Positions 45,499 to 56,369 of a stretch of 64,000 bases of DNA are shown piece after piece. Each line of letters starts with the position of its first letter. The stretch's first letter is position 1. Origin of the DNA: Pirellulaceae bacterium (GTDB lineage Bacteria > Planctomycetota > Planctomycetia > Pirellulales > Pirellulaceae); NCBI GenBank assembly GCA_041741195.1, contig JBGSKM010000032.1:29764-93763 (forward strand), read 5' to 3'. The translations under genes and the position numbers were made by a program. The notes under the pieces are model-generated. The model was given only the letters and a program-made list of their open reading frames with translations, searched no databases and was not told the origin of the DNA.

Positions 45499-46566
45499 AT
45501 GCCAATGATCGATCTGAGAAGCGACACTGTGACCCGTCCCACTCCGGCGATGCGCCAGGCGATGGCGGAGGCCGAAGTGGGCGATGCGGTTATCGATATC
45601 GATCCGACCGTCGATCGGCTCGAACGGTTCACCGCAGAAATTCTTGGCAAGGAAGCGGCCGTGTTCATGCCCAGCGGGTCGATGACGAACCAAATTGCGA
45701 TTCGGCTGCACTGCGACCGCGGCAGCGAATTCATCTGCGAGGCGGACGCACACATTTACCACTATGAACAAGCGGCCTTTGCCCAGCTCTCGGGGCTCGT
45801 TGCCCACACGGTTGCGGGCGCTTCGGGGGCGCTGGCACTGGAACAACTCACGGGACTGATTCGACCCGAGAACGACCACATGGTCCGCACTCGTTTGGTG
45901 TGCTTAGAAAACACCCACAACCGTTGGGGTGGACGTATTCAGCCGCAAGACGAAGTCGTCCGAATTTGCCAATGGGCGCACGACAATGGTTTGAAAACCC
46001 ATCTCGATGGCGCAAGGTTGTGGAACGCCGCGGCGGCAACCGGCACCAGTGAACGGGAACTCGCCGAGCCGTTTGATAGTGTCAGCGTTTGTTTTAGTAA
46101 GGGGCTCGGCGCCCCCGTCGGATCCGCCCTCGCGGGGACTGGCGAGTTTGTTCGTGAGGCGCGTCGAGCGAGAAAACTTTTTGGCGGAGCGATGCGGCAA
46201 GCTGGAATCATCGCCGCCGGTGCACTCCACGCCCTCACCCATCATCGCAGTCGGCTGGCGGAAGATCATGCGTGGGCCAAGAACCTTGGCGCGGTGGTCG
46301 CTGATAGTGATCTTTTGCAAGTTCGCGGCGGACGAATCGATACCAACATTGTGGTAATCGATATCGATCCCGCGTGGGGAACGGCGGCTGAATTCGTCAC
46401 CAAGCTCGCCGAAAGGCAGGTTGCTTGTTTCGCGATTGGTGCCCAAGCGATTCGGCTGGTGACACATTTGGATGTGACCGGCGACCAGATGACCGAGGCT
46501 TGTAACGTTCTCAATCAAATCGTTCATGGTGATCGAGCAACGCGAATGGAATATCGGTTTGCGTAA
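45499..46566 (+). CDS. ltaE: Low-specificity L-threonine aldolase
   Basis: MPMIDLRSDTVTRPTPAMRQAM, FMPSGSMTNQIA, and the PLP lysine region SVCFSKGLGAPVGS. Confidence 0.9.
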   Translation: MPMIDLRSDTVTRPTPAMRQAMAEAEVGDAVIDIDPTVDRLERFTAEILGKEAAVFMPSGSMTNQIAIRLHCDRGSEFICEADAHIYHYEQAAFAQLSGLVAHTVAGASGALALEQLTGLIRPENDHMVRTRLVCLENTHNRWGGRIQPQDEVVRICQWAHDNGLKTHLDGARLWNAAAATGTSERELAEPFDSVSVCFSKGLGAPVGSALAGTGEFVREARRARKLFGGAMRQAGIIAAGALHALTHHRSRLAEDHAWAKNLGAVVADSDLLQVRGGRIDTNIVVIDIDPAWGTAAEFVTKLAERQVACFAIGAQAIRLVTHLDVTGDQMTEACNVLNQIVHGDRATRMEYRFA

Positions 46567-48100
46567 CAGAGTTCACCTGTTGATGGTATCGTTGGTCATC
46601 GCGATCGTTGCAGCGCTCGTCCGTGTCCCGTCGTGCCACGAAAGTTTTTGGGTCGACGAATTGCACACGGCCTGGACGATTCATGACGGATTCGCCGAGG
46701 TGCTCCCGCGGGCCCAGGCGGGACATCAACAGCCGTATTACTTTGGCGTGCTATGGGTTTGGCGCCAAGCTTTTGGCGAGAGCGAAGTCGCACTGCGGTT
46801 GTCGAGCGTCATCGCAGTCGTTGCCGCGGCCGTTTGGTTAACCATCGCCGTCGCTCGTTCATCGCAAAGTCTTTTGGCGGGAATGGCGGCCGGCATGTTC
46901 TTGGCGGTAGAATCGAACTCCATCTTCTTTGGCACCGAGCTTCGGCCTTACGCGGTGGTGATCTTTGCATCCGTTTTGAGTTGCGACTTGGCCCAGAGGT
47001 CATGGGCAATTCGCCCGAGTGAACGTGGGCGAGCTTGGGTGCTTCTGTTCGTCGCGATGGGTGTTGCTGGCATGATGCAGCTCACCTCGCTCGGAATTCT
47101 CGCCTGGCTTCCGGTATCGGTCATCACCCGCTGGTGTTGGATCGACTGGCGCGAGATGACTCGGCCACGATGGGTCGATGCGTGGGCGTCCGTGGTCGTA
47201 GTGGTGTTGGGCGTCCTGCTAATGCCACAGCACGTGATGGACACTTGGAACTCGCGGTCGATTTGGGCCAATTTCGCTAGCACCCGTTACATCGACGATT
47301 GGTGGGAACTTTGGCCTTGGCTTGTCGGGGCAGTTCTGCCCGCGGTTTGGTTAGCGGGTTGGTCGATTGCCAGGGGAAGCTCCGCGTCCGCAGGGGACAG
47401 CTCGTGGGCAGTCGTTTTGTTAGTGATCACCGTCGGCACGTCGTTGTTGTTTTGGATCGTCTCGTATGCTGGAATCGCACCGCTTTGGCACCGTCGATTC
47501 ATGATTGCGGGACTACCGATGTTGGCATGGTTTTTCGGATTCGCCATCGGTTCCCGAGCAGGGCAGGGGACTCTCGAGGATCGTTGGCAATTCGGGTTGT
47601 CGGCTAGCCTCCTGGTATTGCTTCTAGTCATGCTGACGTCGTGGAGCCAGCTCACCTTGCCGAAGCTGCTTCGCTACCGTAGGCAACTGGTTGGGCGCGG
47701 CGAAGATTGGCGTGGCGCCGTTGAATATCTCAATGCACACACGAATTCCAACGACCGGGTGTTCATTGACCCGGGGCTCATTGAACAAGTGGGTTGGCAT
47801 CGCGAAATTGTTTCCTCGACGCTCCCGCAAGATCAGGTCGTGTACCTTGCTTATCCACTGCGAGGCGTTTACGAGCTGAAGCACGATTCGAATGTGCTGG
47901 CATCCAACCTTGCTCCACTCAATGGTTGGATGGGTTCTCATGATCGCGTCTGGATCATTTCTCGTAGTCCAGTGAATCGCCTCAAGCAACGTGTTTTGCA
48001 GTTGCAAAAAGCGGGCACGTCGGACGATCGCAATGCTTCTATCGACTTCCGATCCTACGGAGGTGTCTCCATTGCATTGATCGAGTCGGACGCACGATGA
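46526..48100 (+). CDS. Polytopic membrane glycosyltransferase, family 39 (ArnT/PMT_2-like), tentative
   Basis: The basic N-terminus followed by TM1 and the motif FWVDELHTAW (Asp-Glu after TM1) is typical of GT-C enzymes. About 10 TM helices plus a ~140-aa C-terminal soluble domain. The ATG at 46526 overlaps ltaE by 41 nt; ATG at 46583 is an alternative. Confidence 0.65.
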   Translation: MVIEQREWNIGLRNRVHLLMVSLVIAIVAALVRVPSCHESFWVDELHTAWTIHDGFAEVLPRAQAGHQQPYYFGVLWVWRQAFGESEVALRLSSVIAVVAAAVWLTIAVARSSQSLLAGMAAGMFLAVESNSIFFGTELRPYAVVIFASVLSCDLAQRSWAIRPSERGRAWVLLFVAMGVAGMMQLTSLGILAWLPVSVITRWCWIDWREMTRPRWVDAWASVVVVVLGVLLMPQHVMDTWNSRSIWANFASTRYIDDWWELWPWLVGAVLPAVWLAGWSIARGSSASAGDSSWAVVLLVITVGTSLLFWIVSYAGIAPLWHRRFMIAGLPMLAWFFGFAIGSRAGQGTLEDRWQFGLSASLLVLLLVMLTSWSQLTLPKLLRYRRQLVGRGEDWRGAVEYLNAHTNSNDRVFIDPGLIEQVGWHREIVSSTLPQDQVVYLAYPLRGVYELKHDSNVLASNLAPLNGWMGSHDRVWIISRSPVNRLKQRVLQLQKAGTSDDRNASIDFRSYGGVSIALIESDAR

Positions 48101-49239
48101 TCGAGTATTCCAATGCTGGGCTTGAGGCGATACATGCCGAGGCGATCGTGATTGAGGTTGACTGTCTCGGCGATGTTTCCCAGAGAACGTTGCAGCCGTG
48201 TGACCCATCATTGATGGACATCGTGCACGGCTACAGGCAAGCATTCGAATTCGGGGAAATTGAGCCGGGCCAAGTCAAACAGATTGATCGCGGCACTGGG
48301 GTTCCCAAGCATGTTTACCTGCTACCGACACGAGTTCACCCGCGGGGGCAATGGCGTAACGAGTGGATCGCACCGGGGTGCGCGATCATCATTGACCATT
48401 TGCTGCGCACCGGTATCAAGAGCTTGGCGGTGTTGGCATGGCACGATGAAAAGGGTACCGGAGTGGCACCATTTAAGTTGCCGCTGTTACACGCCTTCTC
48501 GCGAGTTCCCGACATCGAAATTGTCTGGCTGTCGCCGCAAAAGTCGATCAAAAAAGTCACCATTTTCTCCGACGGTGGCGTGGCGCAGGGGCATGGTGCG
48601 GGCGGATACGGCGTTGTTATGCGATTTGGAGATACGACCAAGGAACTGAGCGAGGGGTTCTTGAAGACCAGCGTACCTCGCATGGAACTAATGGCTGCGA
48701 TCGCGGGGCTCGAAGCTCTCAAGCACAGTTGTCGCGTACGGTTGTATAGCGACTCACGCTACCTGATCGACGCTGTCAACCAAGGCTGGCTGTTTCGTTT
48801 GGCCGCGAACCACTGGAAGAAAACCAGAACGCAAAACATCGACTTGTGGAAGCGTTTCCTCGATGCCTACCTGAGGCACGAAGTCGAAATGGTCTGGGTC
48901 AAAGGGCACGCGGGGATTGCCGACAACGAACGCTGCGACGAATTGGCGACGCTGGCAATGCGTAAGTCCGATTTGCAGACGGATTCGGGTTTTCATCCAG
49001 CGAAGCGTTCGCGAGCGAACAAGACTAAGAAAACGAAGGCAGTCGAGCTCGTCGGCGCCACCAAGGCCATGAAGATCGGTGATCCATGTCGGCATTGCCA
49101 GCAACCGTTGGTACGTCGCGACGCCAATTCCAGTGTCCAGCCAGCGCCGACGTACGCCTGGTACCTCTATTGCGAATCGTGCCATAAAAAATACATTGTC
49201 GAGGAAGCCAAGGTAGCTCGTAAGAAAACAAATCCGTAA
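48097..49239 (+). CDS. rnhA: Ribonuclease HI fused to an unassigned ~155-aa N-terminal domain and a C-terminal basic linker plus CxxC...CxxC zinc ribbon
   Basis: The RNase H core spans aa ~155-290 with the catalytic set D159 (FSDGG), E197 (RMELMA), D219 (YSDSRY), H271 (VKGHAG) and D281 (ERCDELA). Zinc ribbon CRHC...CESC at aa 331-362. The start overlaps the upstream stop (ATGA at 48097-48100). Confidence 0.85.
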   Translation: MIEYSNAGLEAIHAEAIVIEVDCLGDVSQRTLQPCDPSLMDIVHGYRQAFEFGEIEPGQVKQIDRGTGVPKHVYLLPTRVHPRGQWRNEWIAPGCAIIIDHLLRTGIKSLAVLAWHDEKGTGVAPFKLPLLHAFSRVPDIEIVWLSPQKSIKKVTIFSDGGVAQGHGAGGYGVVMRFGDTTKELSEGFLKTSVPRMELMAAIAGLEALKHSCRVRLYSDSRYLIDAVNQGWLFRLAANHWKKTRTQNIDLWKRFLDAYLRHEVEMVWVKGHAGIADNERCDELATLAMRKSDLQTDSGFHPAKRSRANKTKKTKAVELVGATKAMKIGDPCRHCQQPLVRRDANSSVQPAPTYAWYLYCESCHKKYIVEEAKVARKKTNP

Positions 49240-49265
49240 TAGACCCACGATTTGGAGCAGCACAA

Positions 49266-50450
49266 ATGGAGTTTATTTGGGACGATGGAGGACGTGCGGA
49301 TTCGGGTTACGTTGGACTGACCGGCGACTGTGTGACCCGGGCCATCGCGATTGCGACCGGCACTTGTTATCGCGATGTCTACCGCGTTCTGGGCGAGCGA
49401 TCACTTCGCACTCCTCGGAACGGAGTGATGAGCCTTGTTTCGGACGACTATCTGACGAGTTTGGGTTGGACGCGTCGCCCGGGGCATGACGCTCGGTTCG
49501 TGCCCGATGTTCTACCCAAGGGTGCCGTGATTGTTCACTTGAACGAGCTCAACCGTCACCGGAGCGGGCATTTTTGTGCCGTCATCGATCATGTCATCTA
49601 CGACACGTGGAACCCCAGTGACGACGATGGTTTTATCATCTCGGCGTATTGGACTCGGCCCGATGCCAGCGGAGAAAATCCGTTGCCGGTTGCTTCGCGG
49701 CTATCGAGACAGTCCGACGAGCAAGTGTTGACCCAGAAAGAGTTCGACAAAGTATTGCATCGGTTGCGCTCGCTCGACAACACGGCCAACAACGCCGCTA
49801 GCACCGAAGGCGAAAAACGCAATGCGTTACGGATGATGCAAAACTTGATGTTGCGTCACAATCTTTCGCGAGACGATATCTCTGGTGATGACAACGTCGA
49901 TAGCATGCGGTTTACTCGGATGGCATGTCCCGTCAACGGACGCCGCGCCTGCAACTGGGAAAAAAGTTTGGCGGCTTACTTGGTCCAAGAGATATTTCCG
50001 ATGACGAATTGGTACTATGGAACCAAGGGGCACCGGACGCTGTTTTGGTTCTATGGCCCGCTGGACGATGTGCGCAACTGTGTTGCCCTCTTTCGCGAAT
50101 TGTTGCTTACCATCACCGCGTCCGCATATCTGCAATACGGTGGTTACTCGCGAGGCAGCGGCGCGTCATACGCCGAGGGTTATGTCCGAGGTTTGCCTCG
50201 CCACCAAGCGTCAAGCGATCTCCACGACCAAGCCGTGAGCGAGACGGCATTGATTCATCTTCGAACACTTGCGGCGAAACAGGCGGCGAGAGATTGGTTG
50301 AAGCTCGAATGTGGAATTTCTTTGGTGCTCAAGGGGGGCAGTGGACGCAGCCAACACGACCCCGATGCTGCGGATCGAGGAAAACAACACGGTTCCAAAC
50401 ACGACCTTCGAGATGCCAGCGGTCGTAAGCGGATCGGTCATTCGCGATAG
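49266..50450 (+). CDS. Hypothetical protein: papain/C39-like Cys-His N-domain plus DUF2786-like and DUF7168-like regions (phage/plasmid-type architecture)
   Basis: A GGAG lies 9 nt upstream of the ATG. N-domain GDCVTRAIAIATG ... GHFCAVIDHVIYDTWNPSDD. Central LRSLDNTANNAASTEGEKRNALRMMQNLMLRHNLSRDDI (DUF2786 pattern), then WEKSLAAYLVQEIF...TLFWFYGPLDDVRNCVALFRELL. Confidence 0.65.
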   Translation: MEFIWDDGGRADSGYVGLTGDCVTRAIAIATGTCYRDVYRVLGERSLRTPRNGVMSLVSDDYLTSLGWTRRPGHDARFVPDVLPKGAVIVHLNELNRHRSGHFCAVIDHVIYDTWNPSDDDGFIISAYWTRPDASGENPLPVASRLSRQSDEQVLTQKEFDKVLHRLRSLDNTANNAASTEGEKRNALRMMQNLMLRHNLSRDDISGDDNVDSMRFTRMACPVNGRRACNWEKSLAAYLVQEIFPMTNWYYGTKGHRTLFWFYGPLDDVRNCVALFRELLLTITASAYLQYGGYSRGSGASYAEGYVRGLPRHQASSDLHDQAVSETALIHLRTLAAKQAARDWLKLECGISLVLKGGSGRSQHDPDAADRGKQHGSKHDLRDASGRKRIGHSR

Positions 50451-50457
50451 GGTGCGA

Positions 50458-51114
50458 TCATTCGAGTTTGGCAACACGTTCCAGCGCCGGATCCATACCC
50501 GCCACCATGAGTGTTTCCGAATCCGATAACGGTTGGTCGGGGTCCGGCGTCGCCGAAATGGTGCCGGTGAGCATGTTGTGAAGGGCGACAATGGTAACGT
50601 CGTAGTTCTGGCGCAATTGCAGTTCGCGGAGCGTCTTGCCATTCCAAATGCTCGGCACGCCCATCTCTTGAACGCTGAAACCAGATCCAAGTTTGACAAA
50701 ATTCATGAGCGCCACGCCACTGATGCGTTTGGCCAATGCCTGGGCCGAATCTCGTTCGGGGAAGACGATGTCGGTGACGCCCATGCGCCCCATGACCCTC
50801 GCATGTTCGTTGGAGATTACTTTCACATAGATGTCTTTGACTTTTAAATCACGGACAGCCATGGTCGCGAGAATGCTCGACGCCAAGTCGTCGCCGGTGG
50901 AAATGATGGCAGCATCGACGTCCATCACGCCCAGTCGCTGGAGCGTCTCCAGATCGGTACCGTCCCCGACTGCGGCATAGGAAACTGACGGCGCTAAACG
51001 GTCCACGACGTCGCCGTCCAAATCGATCGCGATTACCTCGTTCCCGCGCTGGACGAGTGATTGCGCCATGGCAAAGCCGAAGTTTCCTAAGCCAACGACA
51101 AGAAAACGTTTCAT
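50458..51114 (-). CDS. trkA: Potassium uptake protein TrkA/KtrA (NAD-binding RCK subunit)
   Basis: MKRFLVVGLGNFGFAMAQSL (GxGxxG), followed by a TrkA-C domain. Confidence 0.9.
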   Translation of the reverse strand: MKRFLVVGLGNFGFAMAQSLVQRGNEVIAIDLDGDVVDRLAPSVSYAAVGDGTDLETLQRLGVMDVDAAIISTGDDLASSILATMAVRDLKVKDIYVKVISNEHARVMGRMGVTDIVFPERDSAQALAKRISGVALMNFVKLGSGFSVQEMGVPSIWNGKTLRELQLRQNYDVTIVALHNMLTGTISATPDPDQPLSDSETLMVAGMDPALERVAKLE

Positions 51115-51159
51115 CAGGAGCTCCTCAAGGGCGATCGGTGGATCATTGGGTGACGCGCA

Positions 51160-52587
51160 TTAGCCAACGATGACGTCCTCGTAGGCCAAGCGGTATTTCC
51201 CGCGACGGGAGAGGCGGATGATCAGTGCTGCCGCGACGGCCAGCGGCCCCGTCCGGCCAATGAACATTAGCAAAATCATCAACCACCGCGACCAAGATGA
51301 CAACGTGGGAGTGATCCCCATCGAAAGTCCGACGGTGTTGAAAGCGCTGACGACTTCAAACATTCGCGAAATGAAACTGGGATGGTGCCCGGCGAGATCG
51401 CCGACCGAGGCGAGTAACAAGACGCCGGTGACGACGCTACCGGTGGTGATCACAAAGAGGCCGGAGGCACGTTGAATGGTCTCCTCAGGAATGGACCGTC
51501 CAGCGAATGTCACCGTTTCGTTGGATCGAAGTCGCGACCACGCCTGCATCGCGAGCAACACGAAAGTGGTCGTTTTCATCCCGCCCGCGGTCGACCCTGG
51601 TGACCCGCCAATCATCATCAGGATGATCGTTAGAAAGTTGCTGCTATCGGACGCATCGGCATAGTCGATCGTGTTGAACCCCGCCGTTCGCGGCGTGACG
51701 CTCATGAACCAAGCATTGGCGATTTTCTCACTCAGCGGCATGCCATCCAAGACGCCACTCCATTCGAATAGCAAAAACATCGCCCAAGGCACGAGAACAA
51801 GAACGGCCGTCGAAACGAGCACGAGTTTACTGTGCACCGAAAGCCGACGAGCCAGCCGGCGCCGTTTCGCCGCGAAGCGCAACACCTCTTCGATCACCAC
51901 AAAGCCCAAGCCACCAAGAATCACTAGTAGCGAGATGACATACAAGGATACGGGCGAATCCTGGTAGCCTATTAGCGAATCCGTGTGAGTCGAAAAACCA
52001 GCGTTGCAGAACGCGCTGATGGAATGAAAGATCGAGGGCCAGATCGCGCCCTGCCAGCCAAGTCGGGGTACCCACAAGGCATACAGGACGATCGCCCCCG
52101 CCGCTTCGATGGCCAGCGTGAACAGGACGATGTCCGCGATCAAGGTTCTCGCGGGAATGTGGGGGATGACCGATCGGGACGTTGCCGCCATGGACTCGGT
52201 GTGGATCGACGGACGACCGCCCAACGCAGTGATGATGACGCTCGTCAGTACAAGCATCCCCAACCCGCCCAATTGAATCAAAATCAATAGGACAAGCTGT
52301 CCGGCAAACGTGAAGTAAGTCGCCGTGTCAACTACGATCAACCCGGTGACGCATACCGCACTTGTCGCGGTGAAAATAGCATCCGTCCAGTTCAGTGGTT
52401 CAGTGCGATATAGGCTTGGAAGCGTTTTTAGAGCCACCGTCCCTAAGACAATCAGGGCGAGAAAGGACGAGAGGAACAGCTCCGCCGGAGAGATTGAACG
52501 GCGACCCACAACGGAGCGGCCGCTGGGAAGGTCTTGTCGCCGCGTCGAGAGATACTTCCCGGCACGTTTGGATACGCGACGATTCAC
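51160..52587 (-). CDS. trkH: Potassium transporter TrkH/KtrB family
   Basis: Four MPM-like repeats with pore glycines: [32 protein letters not shown] start. Confidence 0.9.
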   Translation of the reverse strand: MNRRVSKRAGKYLSTRRQDLPSGRSVVGRRSISPAELFLSSFLALIVLGTVALKTLPSLYRTEPLNWTDAIFTATSAVCVTGLIVVDTATYFTFAGQLVLLILIQLGGLGMLVLTSVIITALGGRPSIHTESMAATSRSVIPHIPARTLIADIVLFTLAIEAAGAIVLYALWVPRLGWQGAIWPSIFHSISAFCNAGFSTHTDSLIGYQDSPVSLYVISLLVILGGLGFVVIEEVLRFAAKRRRLARRLSVHSKLVLVSTAVLVLVPWAMFLLFEWSGVLDGMPLSEKIANAWFMSVTPRTAGFNTIDYADASDSSNFLTIILMMIGGSPGSTAGGMKTTTFVLLAMQAWSRLRSNETVTFAGRSIPEETIQRASGLFVITTGSVVTGVLLLASVGDLAGHHPSFISRMFEVVSAFNTVGLSMGITPTLSSWSRWLMILLMFIGRTGPLAVAAALIIRLSRRGKYRLAYEDVIVG

Positions 52588-52858
52588 TGTTTAGTCAAAC
52601 CTTGTCGAGCACGTTCACGGTCCACACTGTCGGGAGAGTGCCACGAATTAAACTCCAATCAATTCGCTGCGGCTAGGGCTGGGGGCGGCCGAGGGTCGCT
52701 CGAAGTGTCCCGTATCGCTGCGCCAGCGGGGGATCTTCACTTGCAGCCCGCGATAACACGCCAAGCGGACAAGCGATTGTTTGGTTGCACTGCGAGAAAA
52801 TCGATGCGAGCATTTTTTGGTTACCCAGGACGTCTTCTCGACGGTCTAATGTAGCAGT

Positions 52859-54235
52859 ATGAAAATTTCGCACCTGTTTCTAATCGTGCTCCTGGGCATC
52901 GTCGCGGCTGCGCCAGCGGTGCATTCGGAGGATGCGAATATCGCGGATGCCGATGCTCGTCGAGGTTACGAATTGCTGACCCAGAGGCCGCTGTTAACCA
53001 GTGACTTCAATCAGTCGGTCTTTGACGAAGTTTGGAAGAGTTGGCCTGAGCCGCTGCGTTCCGAAGCCGAGAACGCCACCTTGGACGAGCGTAGGAACAT
53101 GGCCTTCGCTCGTTACGGTTTGACACCGAGACCTGGTGACGACTCCGGCAAACCGTTGCAGTACGTCGTCAGTGATAACGGCGACTGGACGATGAATTGC
53201 TTCGCTTGCCATGGTGGAAGCGTGTATGGAGTACCGACACCCGGTGCACCGAACAATCGCTTGATGCTGCAAACGATCACCGAAGAAATTCGGTCGACCA
53301 AGTTTCGACTTGGCGTGCCGCTGACTAGGATGGATCTGGGAGCCTTTGTGATTCCGCTAGGCACGACGGTCGGCACCACCAACGCTGTCGTATTCGGGAT
53401 GGGGCTGATGCAGTTTCGTGATGCCCAGCTCAACTTGCGCGAAAAATTGCCAAGTCAATTGACGCATCATGATATGGATGCGCCTCCGTGGTGGCATTTC
53501 TCCAAGCGGCCGAACATCTACATCGATGGGTTCGCCGCAAAAGGGCATCGTGGGTTGATGCAGTTCATGCTGATTCCGGAAAATGGACCCGAGTTTTTTC
53601 GCCAGAACGAGAATGACTTTCGTGATGTCTATGCGTACCTAAGCTCGTTGAAGGCTCCCAAGTTCACCGGCGAAATCGATGTTACGCTGGCGGAGCAGGG
53701 CAGGGGGCTTTTCAACGAATCCTGTGCCACATGCCACGGTACCTACGGCCAGACATCGACTTACCCCAGCCGATGTGTTCCGATCGACGAACTCGGCACA
53801 GATCCGGTGAGACTTGGTGCACTCACGGTGTCCGGTCGAACGCAGTATGGCAAAAGCTGGTTTGCTCACGCGGGCGAGCCTGATGAGCAGCTCACGATTT
53901 CCGATCCGGTTGGTTACGTGGCGCCGCCGCTGGATGGTGTTTGGGCAAGTCCGCCATATCTGCACAATGGCAGCGTTCCGACGCTGTGGCATATGCTTCA
54001 TCCCAGCGAACGGCCGGCGGTTTGGCGACGTGTGGCTGAGCGAATCGATACCGAGCGCGTCGGATTCCAGATCGAGGTGGTGGACCGGGTGCCGCTTTCG
54101 GAGCCTGATGTGGCAAGGCGCCGCGAATATTTTGACAGCACTCGTGTTGGCAAGAGCGCCGGCGGTCATGACTACCCCGAGATGCTGGCGGAGGCCGAAA
54201 AACGGGCGGTGCTCGAGTATCTGAAGACGCTCTAA
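52859..54235 (+). CDS. Diheme c-type cytochrome, cytochrome-c-peroxidase/MauG-like family (tentative)
   Basis: Signal peptide. CFACHGG and CATCHGTYG heme motifs. The PPYLHNGSVPTLWHML motif resembles the conserved CCP/MauG C-terminal segment. Confidence 0.75.
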   Translation: MKISHLFLIVLLGIVAAAPAVHSEDANIADADARRGYELLTQRPLLTSDFNQSVFDEVWKSWPEPLRSEAENATLDERRNMAFARYGLTPRPGDDSGKPLQYVVSDNGDWTMNCFACHGGSVYGVPTPGAPNNRLMLQTITEEIRSTKFRLGVPLTRMDLGAFVIPLGTTVGTTNAVVFGMGLMQFRDAQLNLREKLPSQLTHHDMDAPPWWHFSKRPNIYIDGFAAKGHRGLMQFMLIPENGPEFFRQNENDFRDVYAYLSSLKAPKFTGEIDVTLAEQGRGLFNESCATCHGTYGQTSTYPSRCVPIDELGTDPVRLGALTVSGRTQYGKSWFAHAGEPDEQLTISDPVGYVAPPLDGVWASPPYLHNGSVPTLWHMLHPSERPAVWRRVAERIDTERVGFQIEVVDRVPLSEPDVARRREYFDSTRVGKSAGGHDYPEMLAEAEKRAVLEYLKTL

Positions 54236-54296
54236 TCCCCCTTGGGCTGCTCGGTCGTGGCTCGCATCTACTCGATTCCAGGTCTGGTGCGTATAA

Positions 54297-55676
<1,380 letters not shown>

Positions 55677-56369
55677 TCACTCACTTGCAGGATCAGCGAC
55701 ACCGTTTTCCGTAAAGCCTTTGGCTCGCAAGTGACAGGCGTCGCACTTCCCGCATGGTCGTCCATCGCTATCGGGATCGTAACATGACAGCGTTTGCGAA
55801 TAGTCGACGCCCAGTGACATTCCCTTAGCGATGATTTCGCCTTTGGTCAGGTCAATGAGCGGAGTGTGGATTTTGAGTGGTCTCGCATCGGATTCGACGG
55901 ATGCTTTGGTCGCCAAATTGGCCATTCTCTCGAAGGCCTCGATGTACTCGGGGCGACAATCCGGATACCCGCTGTAATCCAGTGCGTTGACTCCGATGAA
56001 AATGTCGCGGCTTTCCAGGACTTCGGCGAGCGCCAGCGACAGCGATAGGAAAATGGTGTTGCGAGCCGGGACATAGGTCACGGGAATGTGGGTCCCGATG
56101 GCCTCGACTCCATCGCGTTTAGGAACGGCGATGCTGGTGTCGGTTAAAGCCGAGTGACCGAACTGCGCCAAGTCGATATTGACGATTCGATGCGATGTGA
56201 CACCGTAACGATTGGCAATGGCCGTTGCACGTTCGAGTTCATGCGTGTGCCGCTGGCCATATCGAAAGCTTAACGCGTGAATCTCAAATCCGGCGGCGCG
56301 AGCGATCGCAAGACAAGTCGTGCTGTCCAGGCCGCCGGAAAGTAAGACGATGGCGCGAGAGTGGCTCAT
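55677..56369 (-). CDS. queC: 7-cyano-7-deazaguanine synthase
   Basis: [14 protein letters not shown] (PP-loop) and the zinc motif SCYD...[10 protein letters not shown]. Its stop abuts the thiC stop with zero spacer. Confidence 0.95.
   Translation of the reverse strand: MSHSRAIVLLSGGLDSTTCLAIARAAGFEIHALSFRYGQRHTHELERATAIANRYGVTSHRIVNIDLAQFGHSALTDTSIAVPKRDGVEAIGTHIPVTYVPARNTIFLSLSLALAEVLESRDIFIGVNALDYSGYPDCRPEYIEAFERMANLATKASVESDARPLKIHTPLIDLTKGEIIAKGMSLGVDYSQTLSCYDPDSDGRPCGKCDACHLRAKGFTENGVADPASE

Noticed and set aside
48097-48561. Calling the RNase HI N-terminal domain a macro (ADP-ribose-binding) domain
   Set aside because: The beta-alpha alternation and a few segments (AIVIEVD, HVYLLPT, KSLAVLA) resemble macro domains. 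The diagnostic N-x(5-6)-GGG and G-[IV]-[FY]-G phosphate-binding motifs are missing. The domain is left unassigned pending a profile or structure search.
52588-52858. Possible c-di-AMP (ydaO/kimA-type) riboswitch in the 271-nt region upstream of trkH
   Set aside because: AGCGGGGGATC resembles one ydaO core element, but it lies on the plus strand, which is the wrong strand for the trkH leader. The partner elements (GGGGUGAAUCC, ACCCGAAUCC) are absent on either strand.
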